Below are positions 12,236 to 24,929 of a DNA stretch of 64,000 nt, piece by piece. The notes under the pieces were generated by a model that was not told where the DNA came from, did no database searches, and worked only from the letters and a program-made list of their open reading frames with translations. Each line of letters starts with the position of its first letter. The first letter of the stretch is position 1. The DNA comes from Paramecium tetraurelia (lineage: Eukaryota). The stretch is from contig CT868035.1 of NCBI GenBank assembly GCA_000165425.1, positions 62,001 through 126,000 on the forward strand, given 5' to 3'. Made by a program: the position numbers and the translations under genes.

Positions 12236-13639
12236 ATGAAAGTTAAATAAATAAAAGAGATATTAGATTAACTCAAGGAAAAGTATAAAATGGAAATGAA
12301 ATATAATAAAATTTAAGAGAATTTTAGATGTGAATTTTATATCAATTGTCTAAAAATAGCAGAGGGATAGGGTGTATCTAAAAAGTATGCTAAGAATGAT
12401 GCAGCATCAAAGGCATACGATATTTTGGTTAATTCTGATTATTCATTTGCAAGAAGAACTGGAATGAAAATTCAAGATGAGGATTACAAATAATAATTGG
12501 AACAGTATGCTTTAAAGAAAAATATTCGAGTGGAATTTAAGGAAGGCGTAAAAAATGAATTAGGATATTCTTAATATTACATATAATATGGATCAAGAAC
12601 ATTCATTGGATATGGGTTGAAAACTAAAAAATGCTTTAATTTCATGTCTCACTGCATTCTAAAGAAACTTGAATATAATGAAAAAATGGATTAACTCAAA
12701 AACTAGAAAGAACCTGAAAAACAAGCGGAGTTATAGGAACACATATCTCCTCGGAGGATCAAAATTGTGAGATAAACTACTGTCCCAATGTAATAGAATT
12801 AGCAAATAAAAATAGAGGATAGTGAACCTCCTCCTCAAGAATCAAATTTAATAAAGGAGTTGAAGATTTATCATTTTCTAAATAGTCTAATGATTACAGA
12901 GGATGTATACAACTATTTTGATATGTTCTTACTTTAGATGTCTTATCAGAATGACTTTAGATTTAGGACTGTTGGAGCATTCACCACCAAATCAATACGC
13001 ACTTTGAAGCCAGAACTTGACATCTTGATTAACATTCCTAAAGGTAATTTTCCTTAGTTTGAATAATTTTTGGAGAGGACTTCGAAATAATTTTAATATA
13101 AAGTCTTCAGGAATAAAAAACATATATAAATAGAATTACCATTTTAAACAAAGAGTAAATTCTTGAGATGGACAATTTCATCTATCAAAGTTAATATGTA
13201 TATAAAAAAGAAGTTGGCTCCAGATTCTTTAATCCATGATGAATATATGAAATAATATTAAGTGTAGTATCTATAAAATAGATATTCAACTCAATATCTC
13301 TCATTAATTCATCAATGGAAAGAAGATTCAAAAATTCCTTTAAATACAAACATCTTAGACTATTTAGTTGTTTAAGTCTCAAATTATTTCTAAACAAAGA
13401 ATCATCCTATTGTTATATTAAAGCAGCTAATATTCTTATTAAAAAATGGAGTTCTTGATGATATTCTAGATTTTGAGAAAGGAGAAATAGAACTAAACCC
13501 ATTTCTTCAAGCAATACCAGATTACTAGATTTTTTATATTAAAAAGATTGCAGAACAAACTCGTAAATAAATAAAGGAGATTGCTGAGTATTATGACGAA
13601 AAGAAAATTTAGACATGGATTTCAAATTATATCGATTGA
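12236..13639 (+). CDS. dsRNA-binding protein: two N-terminal dsRBDs plus a C-terminal DZF/nucleotidyltransferase-fold-like domain (467 aa)
   Basis: Intronless. dsRBD1 is FRCEFYINCLKIAEGQGVSKKYAKNDAASKAYDIL; degenerate dsRBD2 is DYKQQLEQYALKK..FIGYGLKTKKCFNFMSHCILKKL. C-terminal motifs are RTVGAFTTKSIRTLKPELDILI, IPLNTNILDYLV and LKQLIFLLKNG. Confidence 0.8.
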
Positions 13640-13661
13640 TTAAATAAGTATTGTATATAAT

Positions 13662-15188
13662 TCATTTCTTTTTTGTTTATTTAGGCCTTTATTGTTTTTT
13701 ATAACTTTAATTTGAGTTTCTAAGTGGATATCTTTGCTTCTTCTCCTAAGAAGTTTGATTTGTTAATAGACTTAAATGATCCTTATAACATTTTGAACTT
13801 TAAAATAAACCCTCTTTTTCAATTTTACTCTTTGAAATACTTGAGCAACTATTCTACCCTAAGGAAACACTCCTATTGTTATTGAATTTGTTATCAACTA
13901 GATTAGTGTTAATTTCTTTAGGTTCAGCTTATAAATTAAAATGCTGAGGATCTTCTATAGAATCCAAATTCATTGTCAAATTATTGTTTTTTTAGCTCAA
14001 AATTTACGATCTTAAATATTAATTTAAATCAATATCTCTTAGTTATTAATTTATAGTTTTGTTTTCTTATTAATTCCCATATATAATTTATTGTTGATAA
14101 TCATCCAAAGATATCAAATCAGATTCTACGAAATTTCTATTTACTTTTGGTGAAAAGAATGATAATTGATATTAGAATAATCCTAAATTCCTGTTCTTAG
14201 TCTTCGTCTATACAGATGCATTTGTAGTGGATTTGCATTCTACCTGCCTTGCATGCCCTTATTATTTAGGTTCAGATTCTTGATACTATGAAAAACTAGT
14301 CTAAATATCAGTTTCCTTATACTCTTTCGGCAAATTTAGAACAATGGATCTTTCAGTCAATATTTCACTAAAAGATTTTGGGATTTATCTTTAGGATGAT
14401 TTTGTACTGAATTTCATAGCTTGTAGGTCCTCATTTTCATTTTATTCTATAATAGGTTTTGTATTAACTAAATTCTTTTTTGTAAATGCAGGATATCTAT
14501 CTAAGATGATCTAATCAATTTTTTCAATGTTTAATTTAATTTATTCATGATTTGATACTTAATTTTACTTAATTTTAGTGTTTATATCAACTGAGCTCTA
14601 CACTCTAAACAATTCTTCTTCTAAGTTGCAGTCTTAATTAATTATTCTACTTTATTTTGGTGCAAATTAATTGAAATTAAATGTTGAATTAGGATTTGTG
14701 TCTGAGACTATCATTGTTTTTTGGTCAGTTGAATTTAATTTGTTTGTTTTGATTTACAATGTATCAAATTTAAAGATATTCTCACTTTCACTTAGTTTTG
14801 GAGTGCAACAAGTTGTTTGAGTATAATAGTGTTGTTTACTGTATATATTACCCAAATTTCCATTGTATTGAGAAGAATTTGAAAACTTTCTAGAATTGTT
14901 GATTTACCCAGCATCATGAGATAATGGTGGCTTCAATTACCATGCATCAGATGCTTAAAGGGAAACTCCATTTCGATTAATATGATGATGTTGTGACACT
15001 TATTAATCCGTCTTAAGCTTTGGATTGGAAATGAGTAAATCCTCTCTTGTTTATGAAGACTGCCTGCTTCTTCCAACACTAACATGAAGTTTTCCTGGTT
15101 TCTAAACTTACTTTAATTTTTATTGTATTTTCCCTAAAGGATTAGATCTGTTGGTACTTTTTGATCTGACAAATTTCAACTGACTCAT
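13662..15188 (-). CDS. Hypothetical low-complexity protein (~508 aa)
   Basis: ATG at 15188 and TGA at 13662-13664 are in the same frame, spanning 509 codons. S/T/Q/K-rich, no recognisable domain. Confidence 0.7.
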
Positions 15189-15251
15189 CAAATTTTATTT
15201 ATAAACAAATATTATGTTTTATTTTATAATGATAATTATATAATTAATTTA

Positions 15252-16128
15252 ATGGAATAATAACATAAAGGTAGTAAGTTAAGTATTTATTATGAGTAAT
15301 TACCGAACCTGGAGAAACCATTACAAGCAGTTAACAGTTTTTCAGTACGAATACTCTATTTTTAAACAATGTTGGATTGAGTACAAATATCTCGTCGAGC
15401 ACTTTGAGACATACAGCCGCTTAGATCTCTTTTCCTAAGGCAAATAGATTTCACACTCAATCTTAATTTCAATTGCCAACCAAATTGGAATTACCATCAC
15501 AATTGGGAAAAAGGTTGTAATCCTTAAATTTATCTTTATTTCAGATACACTCAATAAGGTTTCGGTAATAAGAAAGTGTTTCAATATGAATGGCAAAAGG
15601 TTAATGCCAAAGAATTCCCGAGTCCTGATAGATATAGAGTCAGATAGGATCCTGGTATAGATCAATTGAAAAGATCATTTGGATTGTCTTGGGAAGCTTA
15701 TTCAAAAACCTATCTCCCTTATAATAAACATTAAGCTCCTGAAGTTGCAAAATTCTTGCCAGGTACTTTTCTTACTAATTTGAGGTCCTGGAGAATATAA
15801 TGTACGTTAAGATCTTGGACAACACAGATATTAATTTTAGTTGAAGGGCAAGGGGAAGATGTTTAATGATTAGAGAGAGAATGGAGTTCCAGGGCCTGAA
15901 ACCTATTAACCTCAAATCTCATTGACTGTTCCTAATCGATTTTCAGTATGAATTAGATTGAAATGAATTTAGAAAATTTCATTGGGAATTGGAGAGAAAA
16001 AGAATCCATTTTAATCTATGAGTTTCACTCCTGGGCCTGGAAGATATGAATAGAATTCGGCTTTTGATAAGGTATCCAAAAAGAGAGAGTTCATAACAAA
16101 ACCAGGAGAAAGGAGACCGTTCATATGA
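15252..16128 (+). CDS. Sperm-tail PG-rich repeat (STPG/SHIPPO/ODF3-like) ciliary protein
   Basis: Repeats PSPDRY, PGPGEY, PGPETY and PGPGRY. Four tiny introns; TGA at 16126-16128. Confidence 0.85.
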
Positions 16129-16200
16129 TTGTAATTTCAAATACACTTTATTTGTATTTCATACATATTGATTTAAAACATAACATGAAAAGGAAAGAAA

Positions 16201-16817
16201 TCATTTCATTTTGCCTATCTATTCTTTTAATAATTGATTTCTCAATTCATACTCCAATAATTCGTCATTCTCGACTGAATTCTTTGATATGGATTTTTTT
16301 CTCATAGGTGAAGGTGCTAGTGGTTTCAAGATGTTGCGTGCAAATTCTAAGCCTTTTTGTCTAACAGTTACTTGTTTCTATTCGCTTTTGGGAATTCTTT
16401 ATTTAAAGTTTCTATACTCTACTTTCACCTTTATATATTTTATGATGATACATGCTCTGCAAATTCAAGCATCCTGTCCATTTTACCCTTTTGTTATTGC
16501 CATTTTTCAATGGACAAAGTTGGACCTAAGCCTTGAGCAGGGTTTTTTAGGATGGGCTACAATTTCAGTAGTTTATATTGGCTGAGAGTATATGGTTTGT
16601 AATTAAGCATAGAATTTTTGTCATCTTTAATTGAAAAGTTTTTAGACTAATTTTGTTAATCTTGTTCATCTTTTTTCCATTATTCAAATATCAACAATTA
16701 TTCCTCTTAATGTCTTCTAATCAATTCGGACAGTTCTCTTTATTAAATTAGATGTAATTCGTGCAATTTCCTTTTCTAATCTTCTGATAATTTTTCATTC
16801 AATCCATACTAATTCAT
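16201..16817 (-). CDS. JHY-like ciliary protein (197 aa)
   Basis: One 23-nt intron. Motifs YKPYTLSQY, QGLGP, KMDRMLEFAEHV and RQKGLEFARNILKP resemble the JHY C-terminal domain (recognised from memory, not searched). Confidence 0.65.
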
Positions 16818-17040
16818 AATAATTTGATTATAAAATTATATATATTTAACTCGTATTTGTATTCATCTTTCAAAATTACTTCCCTCATCTTTAATAAAAG
16901 TCACACTAATATTGTGGGATCCTAAAAATAAAACATTCAACAAATTTTTCTATTTCAAAAATTGACTTCATCATTGATGCTCCTTACTTAATTGATCAAT
17001 AATATATTTGTAAAAAAAACTAATAAGTAAATAAAATAGT

Positions 17041-18270
17041 ATGAGAAAGCATACGTCTCCCTATAGAAATTAAAAACCAGGATCCTCTTTGATAAGAGTA
17101 CTCTATAAACCAGAATAATAGACGAGGGACAATTCAATTGAAAAAAAAGTTAAGAACTTCTCGCCAATCAGATTTATTTTAAATTCGAGGCACAATTCCT
17201 TTGAATACGCTACCACGAACGTACCATAAACCAAATAATCAATTATTCCCACTTTAAGCAGAAAGCATTTTCAACTCTAGTATATTATTGGTATTGGTGG
17301 TTTCGGGAGAGTTTGGAAAGTCATTTACAAATAATAATATTATGCCATGAAGGAAATGAGTAAAACCTTAGTGATCTATAAACGAAGTGTGGCTTCAGTT
17401 ATTAACGAATTACGGTTGTTAGAAAATCTCAATCATTCATTCATTGTTAATGCAGTAGCTGCCTTCTAAGATAAACAGAACATCTATCTAGTATTGGATT
17501 ACTTGTAAGGAGGAGATTTAAGATATCATCTTGGAAGAAACAGAAGATTCAATGAAGAATAAACAAGTATAATTTGACCAATATCAGAGTTCTTTATTTG
17601 TTGTGTCATTGTGGGGTTGGAATATTTACATTCACATCGCATTATTCACAGAGATCTCAAACCTGAAAATTTAGTTCTTGATTCCAAAGGCTATGTAAGG
17701 ATTACAGACTTGGGAGTAGCAAAGCAATTAGACACCTTAAAAATTGATACCAGTGGAACTCCAGGTTATATGGCTCCAGAAGTAATGTGTGGATTGGAAC
17801 ATGGCATTCCAGCCGATTATTATTCTTTGGGAGTTATTGCTTATGAGTTTATGTTTGGAAAAAGACCGTATTATGGCTAAAATCGAAAGGAAATTAGAGA
17901 TGCTATTCTAGCTAAGTAAGTCTAAATAAAACAGAAGCTAGAAGGTTGGTCTTTGGATGCTATTGATTTTATCAATAAATTGATCTAAAGAAAACCATCT
18001 CATAGATTAACAGATGTAAAAAATCATCCATGGATTAGAGATTATCCTTGGGATAAATTAATTAATAAAGTTATTCAAGCACCGTATGTCCCATTAAATA
18101 ATGACAATTTCGATGTAACCCAAATTCAATATGAAGATCAAGAAAATCAACTAATCATCAATCAAACAGGTTTCTTGATTTCGCAAAATCAGAATGCTTT
18201 TGAAGACTACTATTATGTCAAGGAACAAAGAAGAAGATCATCATTAAATCGATCGTTTCTTTTAAAATGA
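17041..18270 (+). CDS. AGC-family serine/threonine protein kinase (402 aa)
   Basis: GIGGFGRV, YAMKEM, HRDLKPEN, DLG, GTPGYMAPE and an AGC C-tail (APYVP..DNFD). 21-nt intron at 17567-17587; TGA at 18268-18270. Confidence 0.95.
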
Positions 18271-18369
18271 ATTTATTATTAATTTTATTGATTTACATTA
18301 TAAACTATTCTAATTTAATAATATAATCAATCACCAAATTCAAGAACATTTTTATTGATATTGTATTAT

Positions 18370-21300
18370 TCATTAATTTAATTGAGAACTTCGAAATATC
18401 ATTATTATACTCCATCTAAGTAGTTCCTACTTATCTAAATTATTTATTATACTAAATAATATAAAATTTAAATAACATAATTATAATCTAATGCTGATAA
18501 TTAAATTATTATTATAAAATTAATAATATAATTTGAATAACAAATATTTTTCAAGGTTATTATATTTCTTTTGCAATAGTTCTCCTTCTTGTTGTAGTCT
18601 ACATAGATATATTATGATATTTACTCTAACTTCAGTCTTCTTTTGTTATTATTTCAACATATCTATTTCATTTTCCAACACCACAACTTATTACTCTGTC
18701 TCATTGAATTGTTTATTCAAAGATATAAACTTATTCTTCCATTAATTTTTCTCTACTTCTAAATCTTCTGTATTCGATATCACTGAAATATTGGTGGACA
18801 ATTCTTTAATCCTATGCTCTAATTCTCTTTTAAATTTAATTTAAAAATAAATTACTTAATCTCTTCTTCTTTTTCATCACCAAACTTTTTTTCCTTGTGG
18901 TATTTCTCTTCCCATTCCTAAATTTATCTATCTCTCTCTCTCAACAACCTATTATTTTCTAATATCTGCTATTCCTTATTCTTTGCACTCTTAGCATCCT
19001 CCAAACCTTGATTATAAGATTCAATTAGTAGTTTAGAATGCTACTAAATAAGGTAATTTAATTCTGTTAATTTACTCATTTGCTCATTTATGATTAATTA
19101 CTAATTTTAAATATAATTATACGTATTATCGACTAAGATCATCCAACTTATTGCAACAAACATGTTCATCTAGATTTGATTTATCTAAACTCTTTTCTGA
19201 CTTTAGACCTGATTTTTCAGAACTTCCTATAAATGTATTGGCCCTTTTCTCCTTTGTTAAGTAACCTTTTTCAATCTAGGATTACTACGCATCGAATGCA
19301 CCAGTCATATCTTTATTTGTCAGTTCCCATTTCAAATACCCTTTTTGTCTATTGTACTTATAATTCTAGAGTTAATGAATTAAATTCCAATTACTTCATT
19401 TGGACTCTCAAAATTACTCATCAGCAATAAATTTATATATATAAATGTTAGTATATGTTTAAATGATCATAAATTCCTATTTGCCAAAGTTCCATATTAA
19501 TACGACGAAATTTTAGAATTTTAATTTTCTTTGACGATCTCGTAGGATTCAACCTAAAATTATATAAAAATGATTATTTACTCTAAAAGATCCATTTTTC
19601 TATTTCTTGAAGGTATCCAGTTCAGCATTTGATAATATAAGTTATTCTTGTTATTTATGATACTCTCTATTTAGATTAATAAATTGAACTTTCCAAGAAT
19701 CAACTTCTTGAGATAATTAAGCAATTTTTTCATTGTAAGTAGTAACATCCATCTGAGTAATCAATTTAATTTTTTAGCTGTCACACTCTTCCTACAACTA
19801 TTTGATATTCATCTTATTTGATTCTATCTCTTACAATTTAATTTTCAAGAGGCTGCTCAATCTCTCAATTTCATTAGAATAAACAACATTCTTTTATTCT
19901 AATTCTTTTAATTTGTTAGCTTCACTCAATTAAAATTATGAAAATTGTTATCTTACTTTCTCAATTTCCTCATTCTTACTTCTCAATTGCACAGTCAATC
20001 TTTCAATTTCAGTACTGAGCAAGGCAAACTTCTATTAATATTCCTTCAATTAGGTAATATCTTATAATTTGAATTTTAAATTGTCAATTTCCTCACTTCT
20101 CGATTTCAATAGTAAAGACATTCTACTATTTTCGTTATTCAATCTATCTATTTCTTAAGATTTGTGTTAGAGACTTTAATGTAATCTATCAATTTCTTGG
20201 TTTTATAATCCAATTTTATTTTCATAATCGTCTACTTTGTAGTGATCATTAAGAGTGATCTATAATTTGGCTATGCAATTTCTCAATTGATCATTTTCTT
20301 GTAATTTGATCATCAATGAATTGTTTACTCTATCGAATTCCTAAGCTAGATTTTAATATTTGATTTCATAATCTGTATACTTTTGATATTCTTATAATTA
20401 ATTCTGATAAATCATGAGTTATTGTTTGTACTTATCTAATTCGTCCTGTTTAATTCTGATTCTTTGATTAAGATTGTTAATTTCTTCATTTTATAATTTG
20501 GATCTGATTTCATACTCCTAGTATTTGGAAGTATCCTAGAGAGTCATTTGAAGAGTTTAAATAATAGATTACAGTTTCGAAATCTCTTCATTTTTATTGA
20601 GCATTTCATTCATATACTTATCTTATTGATTATGATTCTCTCTTAGTTGATCATCAATTTTTTATTTATAATTGACTTCTCTATTCTTCAGATCCTAAAT
20701 GTCTAATTCAAAGTCTCTCATACGCTTAGATAGAATCTCAATCTCTTTAATATATGTTTATTTGGATTGATCATATTCTTCTGATTTCTGTTTAAGTAGA
20801 GCAGTAATTCTTTCAAGTTCAGTAGTCAATTAATGTTGTACTTATTATTATTGGATGTACGATTGTTCATATTTCTTACTTTCAATTAGGGTCTTTTGCA
20901 TCTACTGCAATTGGGATTGACTTTGAGAGACTAGTACATTTAATCTTTGGATTTCATTCTACCAATATTGTTCATTGTCTTAAGAACTCTTTTTAATTCT
21001 CTCATATTCAACTTGATTCTACTGAATTGCCATAAATTATTAGGTCATTTGAGATACTTTGATCTTTAATTATTCTGATTCATTTGTAGTTTCTCTAAGC
21101 AGAGTATTTACTCTATTGAGTTCAATTTAATATTATTATAGATTGGCTTCTAATTGTTAGACTCGATGAGTGTCTTCAATATAAGTGACTTTCTCTTGAC
21201 ATGTGTTTTTGATTCTGTGGACTTCATTTGTAAGTTCTTGGATTTATTTTTCATAGAGAGAACACTTATTTTTATAAAATTCAAGTTCTTCTCTGGATGG

Positions 21301-21610
21301 CTCAATCACTTTAACTATCTCTTAAACCTTGATATTATAAGAGGATTATGAAGGCTTCAATTGCTGTGTTTCCAATCTAATGGGTGGTTGAGTTTGTTGT
21401 TGGGGTATGGCTCTGGTGTAAGTATAACATATTGGGAGATGTAAAGAGATTCCTTCTATTACATTTAGACCCTTGGGATTTATGAGGATCCTGATTGGGT
21501 TCTAGAAATTATTGGGTTTGGAAGTAGGATATGCGCTAATCCCTGAGTTCCTTCCTACTTCCTTAATCCAACTCTATATTTAGATTAATGCCAACATACT
21601 TTATATTCAT
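18370..21610 (-). CDS. Large coiled-coil cytoskeletal-type protein; both ends approximate
   Basis: Long E/Q/K-rich heptad frame with recurring LSTEIERL/LTTELERI/YSNEIERL units and several tiny introns. The first ~200 nt could not be joined cleanly to the main frame. Confidence 0.75.
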
Positions 21611-21619
21611 TATTTTTCT

Positions 21620-22110
21620 AAGGATGCCCGTTCCTCCTTATTCCATAAAGTAATAATTTAATAAGATTACTCCCACAAAAGTGCAGGATCCAATAAAAGC
21701 ATCCTGTGCAAAATAGCATCACACCTATGATGAATCCAATGATATCACTGATAGCGTTGGCTAATTGATACACAGCCAAAGATGCTAAGCTAAAGGAATA
21801 ATAAATGAGCTAATTATTAGATATCTAACATTCCTCTGCCTAGCAAGGCGCTCAAGAATCTAAAATTATTATAATGTAATCTCATTCAGGCTGTCATTAA
21901 TTCAACAATTCCAACTTCTATCCACTTGCAAAAAGTAAGATACCAAAAAATCTATAATTTTGAAATGCATGAACTTACATCAAGAAGAACATTAGGAAGA
22001 GAGACATGAAGAAGGAGAAACTGAAACACTTGAAATAAGATGGATAATGAGATAATTTGAGTAACTCCTATCAATATAAGCATGATGGAATATATCAAAT
22101 TCGATCATTC
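21620..22110 (-). pseudogene. Disrupted COPI-associated (TVP15-like) small membrane protein gene
   Basis: Fragments FFGILLFASG, NNFRFLSALLGRGMLDIYLASLAVY and IGFIIGVMLFCTGCFYWILHF. Lesions are a frame break near 22030, a 26-bp insertion carrying an in-frame TGA (21872-21899), an intron at 21790-21817 starting AT instead of GT, and no clear start or stop. Confidence 0.65.
21872..21899. mobile_element. Putative retained 26-bp internal eliminated sequence (IES)
   Basis: TAATGTAATCTCATTCAGGCTGTCATTA has TA at both ends and a 5-bp terminal inverted repeat TAATG/CATTA. Removing it and leaving one TA restores the frame ELLN-Y-NNFRFL. Confidence 0.5.
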
Positions 22111-22175
22111 ATCATTATTCTAAAATTTGATTTAATTATTGAAATCTCTATTTATATTCATATTTAATATGATAA

Positions 22176-23168
22176 TCATTATTGAGGTTTGGTTTCTCCC
22201 ATGTCTCCTGCACTTCTATTGGCTTTGTTTCTTGATTCGTAATACCCGAATTCGGATGGCAACCTATAACTGCCTGGTGCAGGTGTTCCAGCTGATGCAA
22301 ACATTCATAATAATCAAAATACCTTTGCCAACAGATCCTGTTCTTCTTGATTCCTTTGGAAAACTTCTAACATTTGAAGAATGAAATTTTGAAATAAAAT
22401 AATGTCCATCCTTTTGAATTCCTGTCTTGTCCACTGGATAGGTTCCTGGTCCAGGAGCATACAAATTGGTGGCTATTCTAATAAGTTATTAGATGTTTAC
22501 AAAAATCCTTAACAAATCTCTTGGAATTCTTGGGATTAAACAAAGTAGCACAGGAGTTATTGTATTTTGATATGGGATACTTCCCCACTGGATTTACAGC
22601 TGGTAATGATTCGTAGGTTCCTGGTCCTGGAATCTCTTTGCCAGTTAAAACCATAAAATTAGTTTTGGGTCTCTATCTCATTGTGTAACGGACGTCACTT
22701 AGTGTTGAACCCAAATCATAGGTGCCAGGAGCTATAATAATATTTGTAATATCTACCTGGAGTTTTTGAATTCAAATTTCCTAGAATACCAGTGCTTGCC
22801 ATTTTCTCTCGACTCATACCAAATTTATTTCCCTTGCCTTTCTTTTGATTGACGTCGACATCACTTGTAATATTGTATTATTATGGAGATGGAGTTGTAA
22901 AAGCCACTTTAGTAAAGTCAGTTCTTATAAATATTTCAATATCCTTACTTTGTTCCCTTCCCTATGCCAGCTGATCTCTTCTCAATCTGAGTTGGTAAAT
23001 CGTAGAAAGCCTTCCCGCAACTAAATTTTAAATTCACTTCCAATACTTAACAGGATTTGCCAGACTGCCAAATCTATCTGATTTAGAAAATGTCCATAGG
23101 TTTTTAGCAGTACTTTGATTGAGTGGTGATCCACAAATCTGCTAACAAGTTGAAACAGTTATTGACAT
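22176..23168 (-). CDS. Sperm-tail PG-rich repeat (STPG/ODF3-like) protein
   Basis: Starts MSITVSTCQQICGSPLNQSTAKKLWTFSKSDRF. Repeats TPSPQQY, PAPGTY, PGPGTY (twice) and TPAPGSYRLPSEFGYY; multiple tiny introns; TGA at 22176-22178. Confidence 0.88.
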
Positions 23169-23269
23169 GATAAATAAATTAATTATTAAAGAAGAATATA
23201 TTCTTTTTATTATTACTACATCTCTAACTAACTTTATTGATACTAAAATATTAAAAAAACTAAATTTGA

Positions 23270-24899
23270 TCAATGTGCTGGCTCCTCAGTTTCAATTTTC
23301 AATTACACCTTCTTATGATGATTCAACGATTCCCTATAAAACACAATTGGATTGTCAACAATTAAACCAGTCTGATTTCCCTTGTTCTTTAAATGCCAGA
23401 TCTCAGTGCAAGCCAATTAAAAGTGATTTCCCTTTTTTAATTCAATGACTTTCTTAATATCTGTCTCCTCGTAACTCTTTGATTTTAAGTATTTCTCCAA
23501 CACATCCGAATTGAAATTCTTAATTGGACATCCATGATATTCGTCATTCCCTGGATTTTATTTCTATTTCATAATACCATTCTACTACCATATTGTATGA
23601 ACAACTGTAACATTGATAGTTCTCTCTTTTCCCCTCCAATCCGTAATTGTGTCGAATGTTGTACAAATAATTCTTATTGAAATCCTACTCACTTATCTTC
23701 TATTAGAATTGCACTATTATTATATTTATGTATACTTACTTTTCATATACTTAATAGTTTCATTAATCTTCATTCCTGCTGACTTAAAGAATAATTGGAT
23801 CTGTTGTCTTCCATTATGTTTTAAATGATGGTTAACCTCTAATCTATCAATCAAATACTCCATACAGAGTGGAAAATGGCTATCATATATAATTCTTCAA
23901 CTTACTCCTTTGATTATTGTCTCACTGTCAAAGCATTCAAAGAGTCTTACTCAAAATTCTAAAGCTTCTGACTCAACATCCCAGAATCTGTCTATTGAAT
24001 TTTCTTGAACATTCTAACTATCTCATCATTTTTCATCAACTCCTCATATTAGAATTTGATTTAATTAGCCTGCATTCTCTTCCTCAGTTTGCCCAGAAAT
24101 ACATCTAATAGACAGTTTTTCCTAAGGTAAACATTTATTTACTTACAATTCATCTTCGTATATATATGCAAAGCCATTCTTCAGATAAGTATGAATGGAT
24201 GAAACTGAATGCAAAACATTGTAAAATGGAGTCTAAGTATTGAGAAAATGAATACTTTAAAGAACTTTAAATAAGTATTAACATTATTAAAATTTCTTAG
24301 TTGTGATTTGCCAGTTCCCAAAATTACATAATTTCCTAATTTATTGGATTGGTCGACTTGATTAGGTAATCTTAATTGTTTTGGTATATCTTCATCCCAC
24401 TCTTACTTAGAAATTTTGGTGATTTCATTGTCTCCCAATAACTTTTTATAGATTTTTAATAATCTCTCATTTGTTTGCTCATTCTCTAGTTATGCCTCGC
24501 ATCGTATTTAAAATAAGTGCTTTTAATATTTAATGAATTCATTGATCTTTTCATCTGATTCTGAATATGCCAATTCTAAAAAAAAGTGCGCGGCATTATC
24601 ATCAATCCAAAACTTGTCTTTTCCTTCATAACAAGAATATTCATTGTAAAATTTGATAGCTTTGGAATACAAATCCTTTTGTTTTAGTGGGTCTTTTTGT
24701 TAATCATTCTCCTCTAACTAACTGAACAACCTATCAGATTAGAATTATCAATATACTAATTCACTTTCTAATACGCTTTAATTCGATCAATGCACATGTT
24801 CAATAAGTCTCTCTTATTGATCTCTTCTGTCTATTGATCCATGTATGGTTCAATGTATAACATAGCTTCATATTGGAGAATTTCCTTTTAATTTTGCAT
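23270..24899 (-). CDS. PRIM2: DNA primase large subunit (Fe-S cluster subunit)
   Basis: [64 protein letters not shown] and HFQLAC, which include the Fe-S Cys ligands. Multiple tiny introns. Confidence 0.93.
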
Positions 24900-24929
24900 T
24901 ATGAAAATAATAATTAAGCGGAAAAATTC

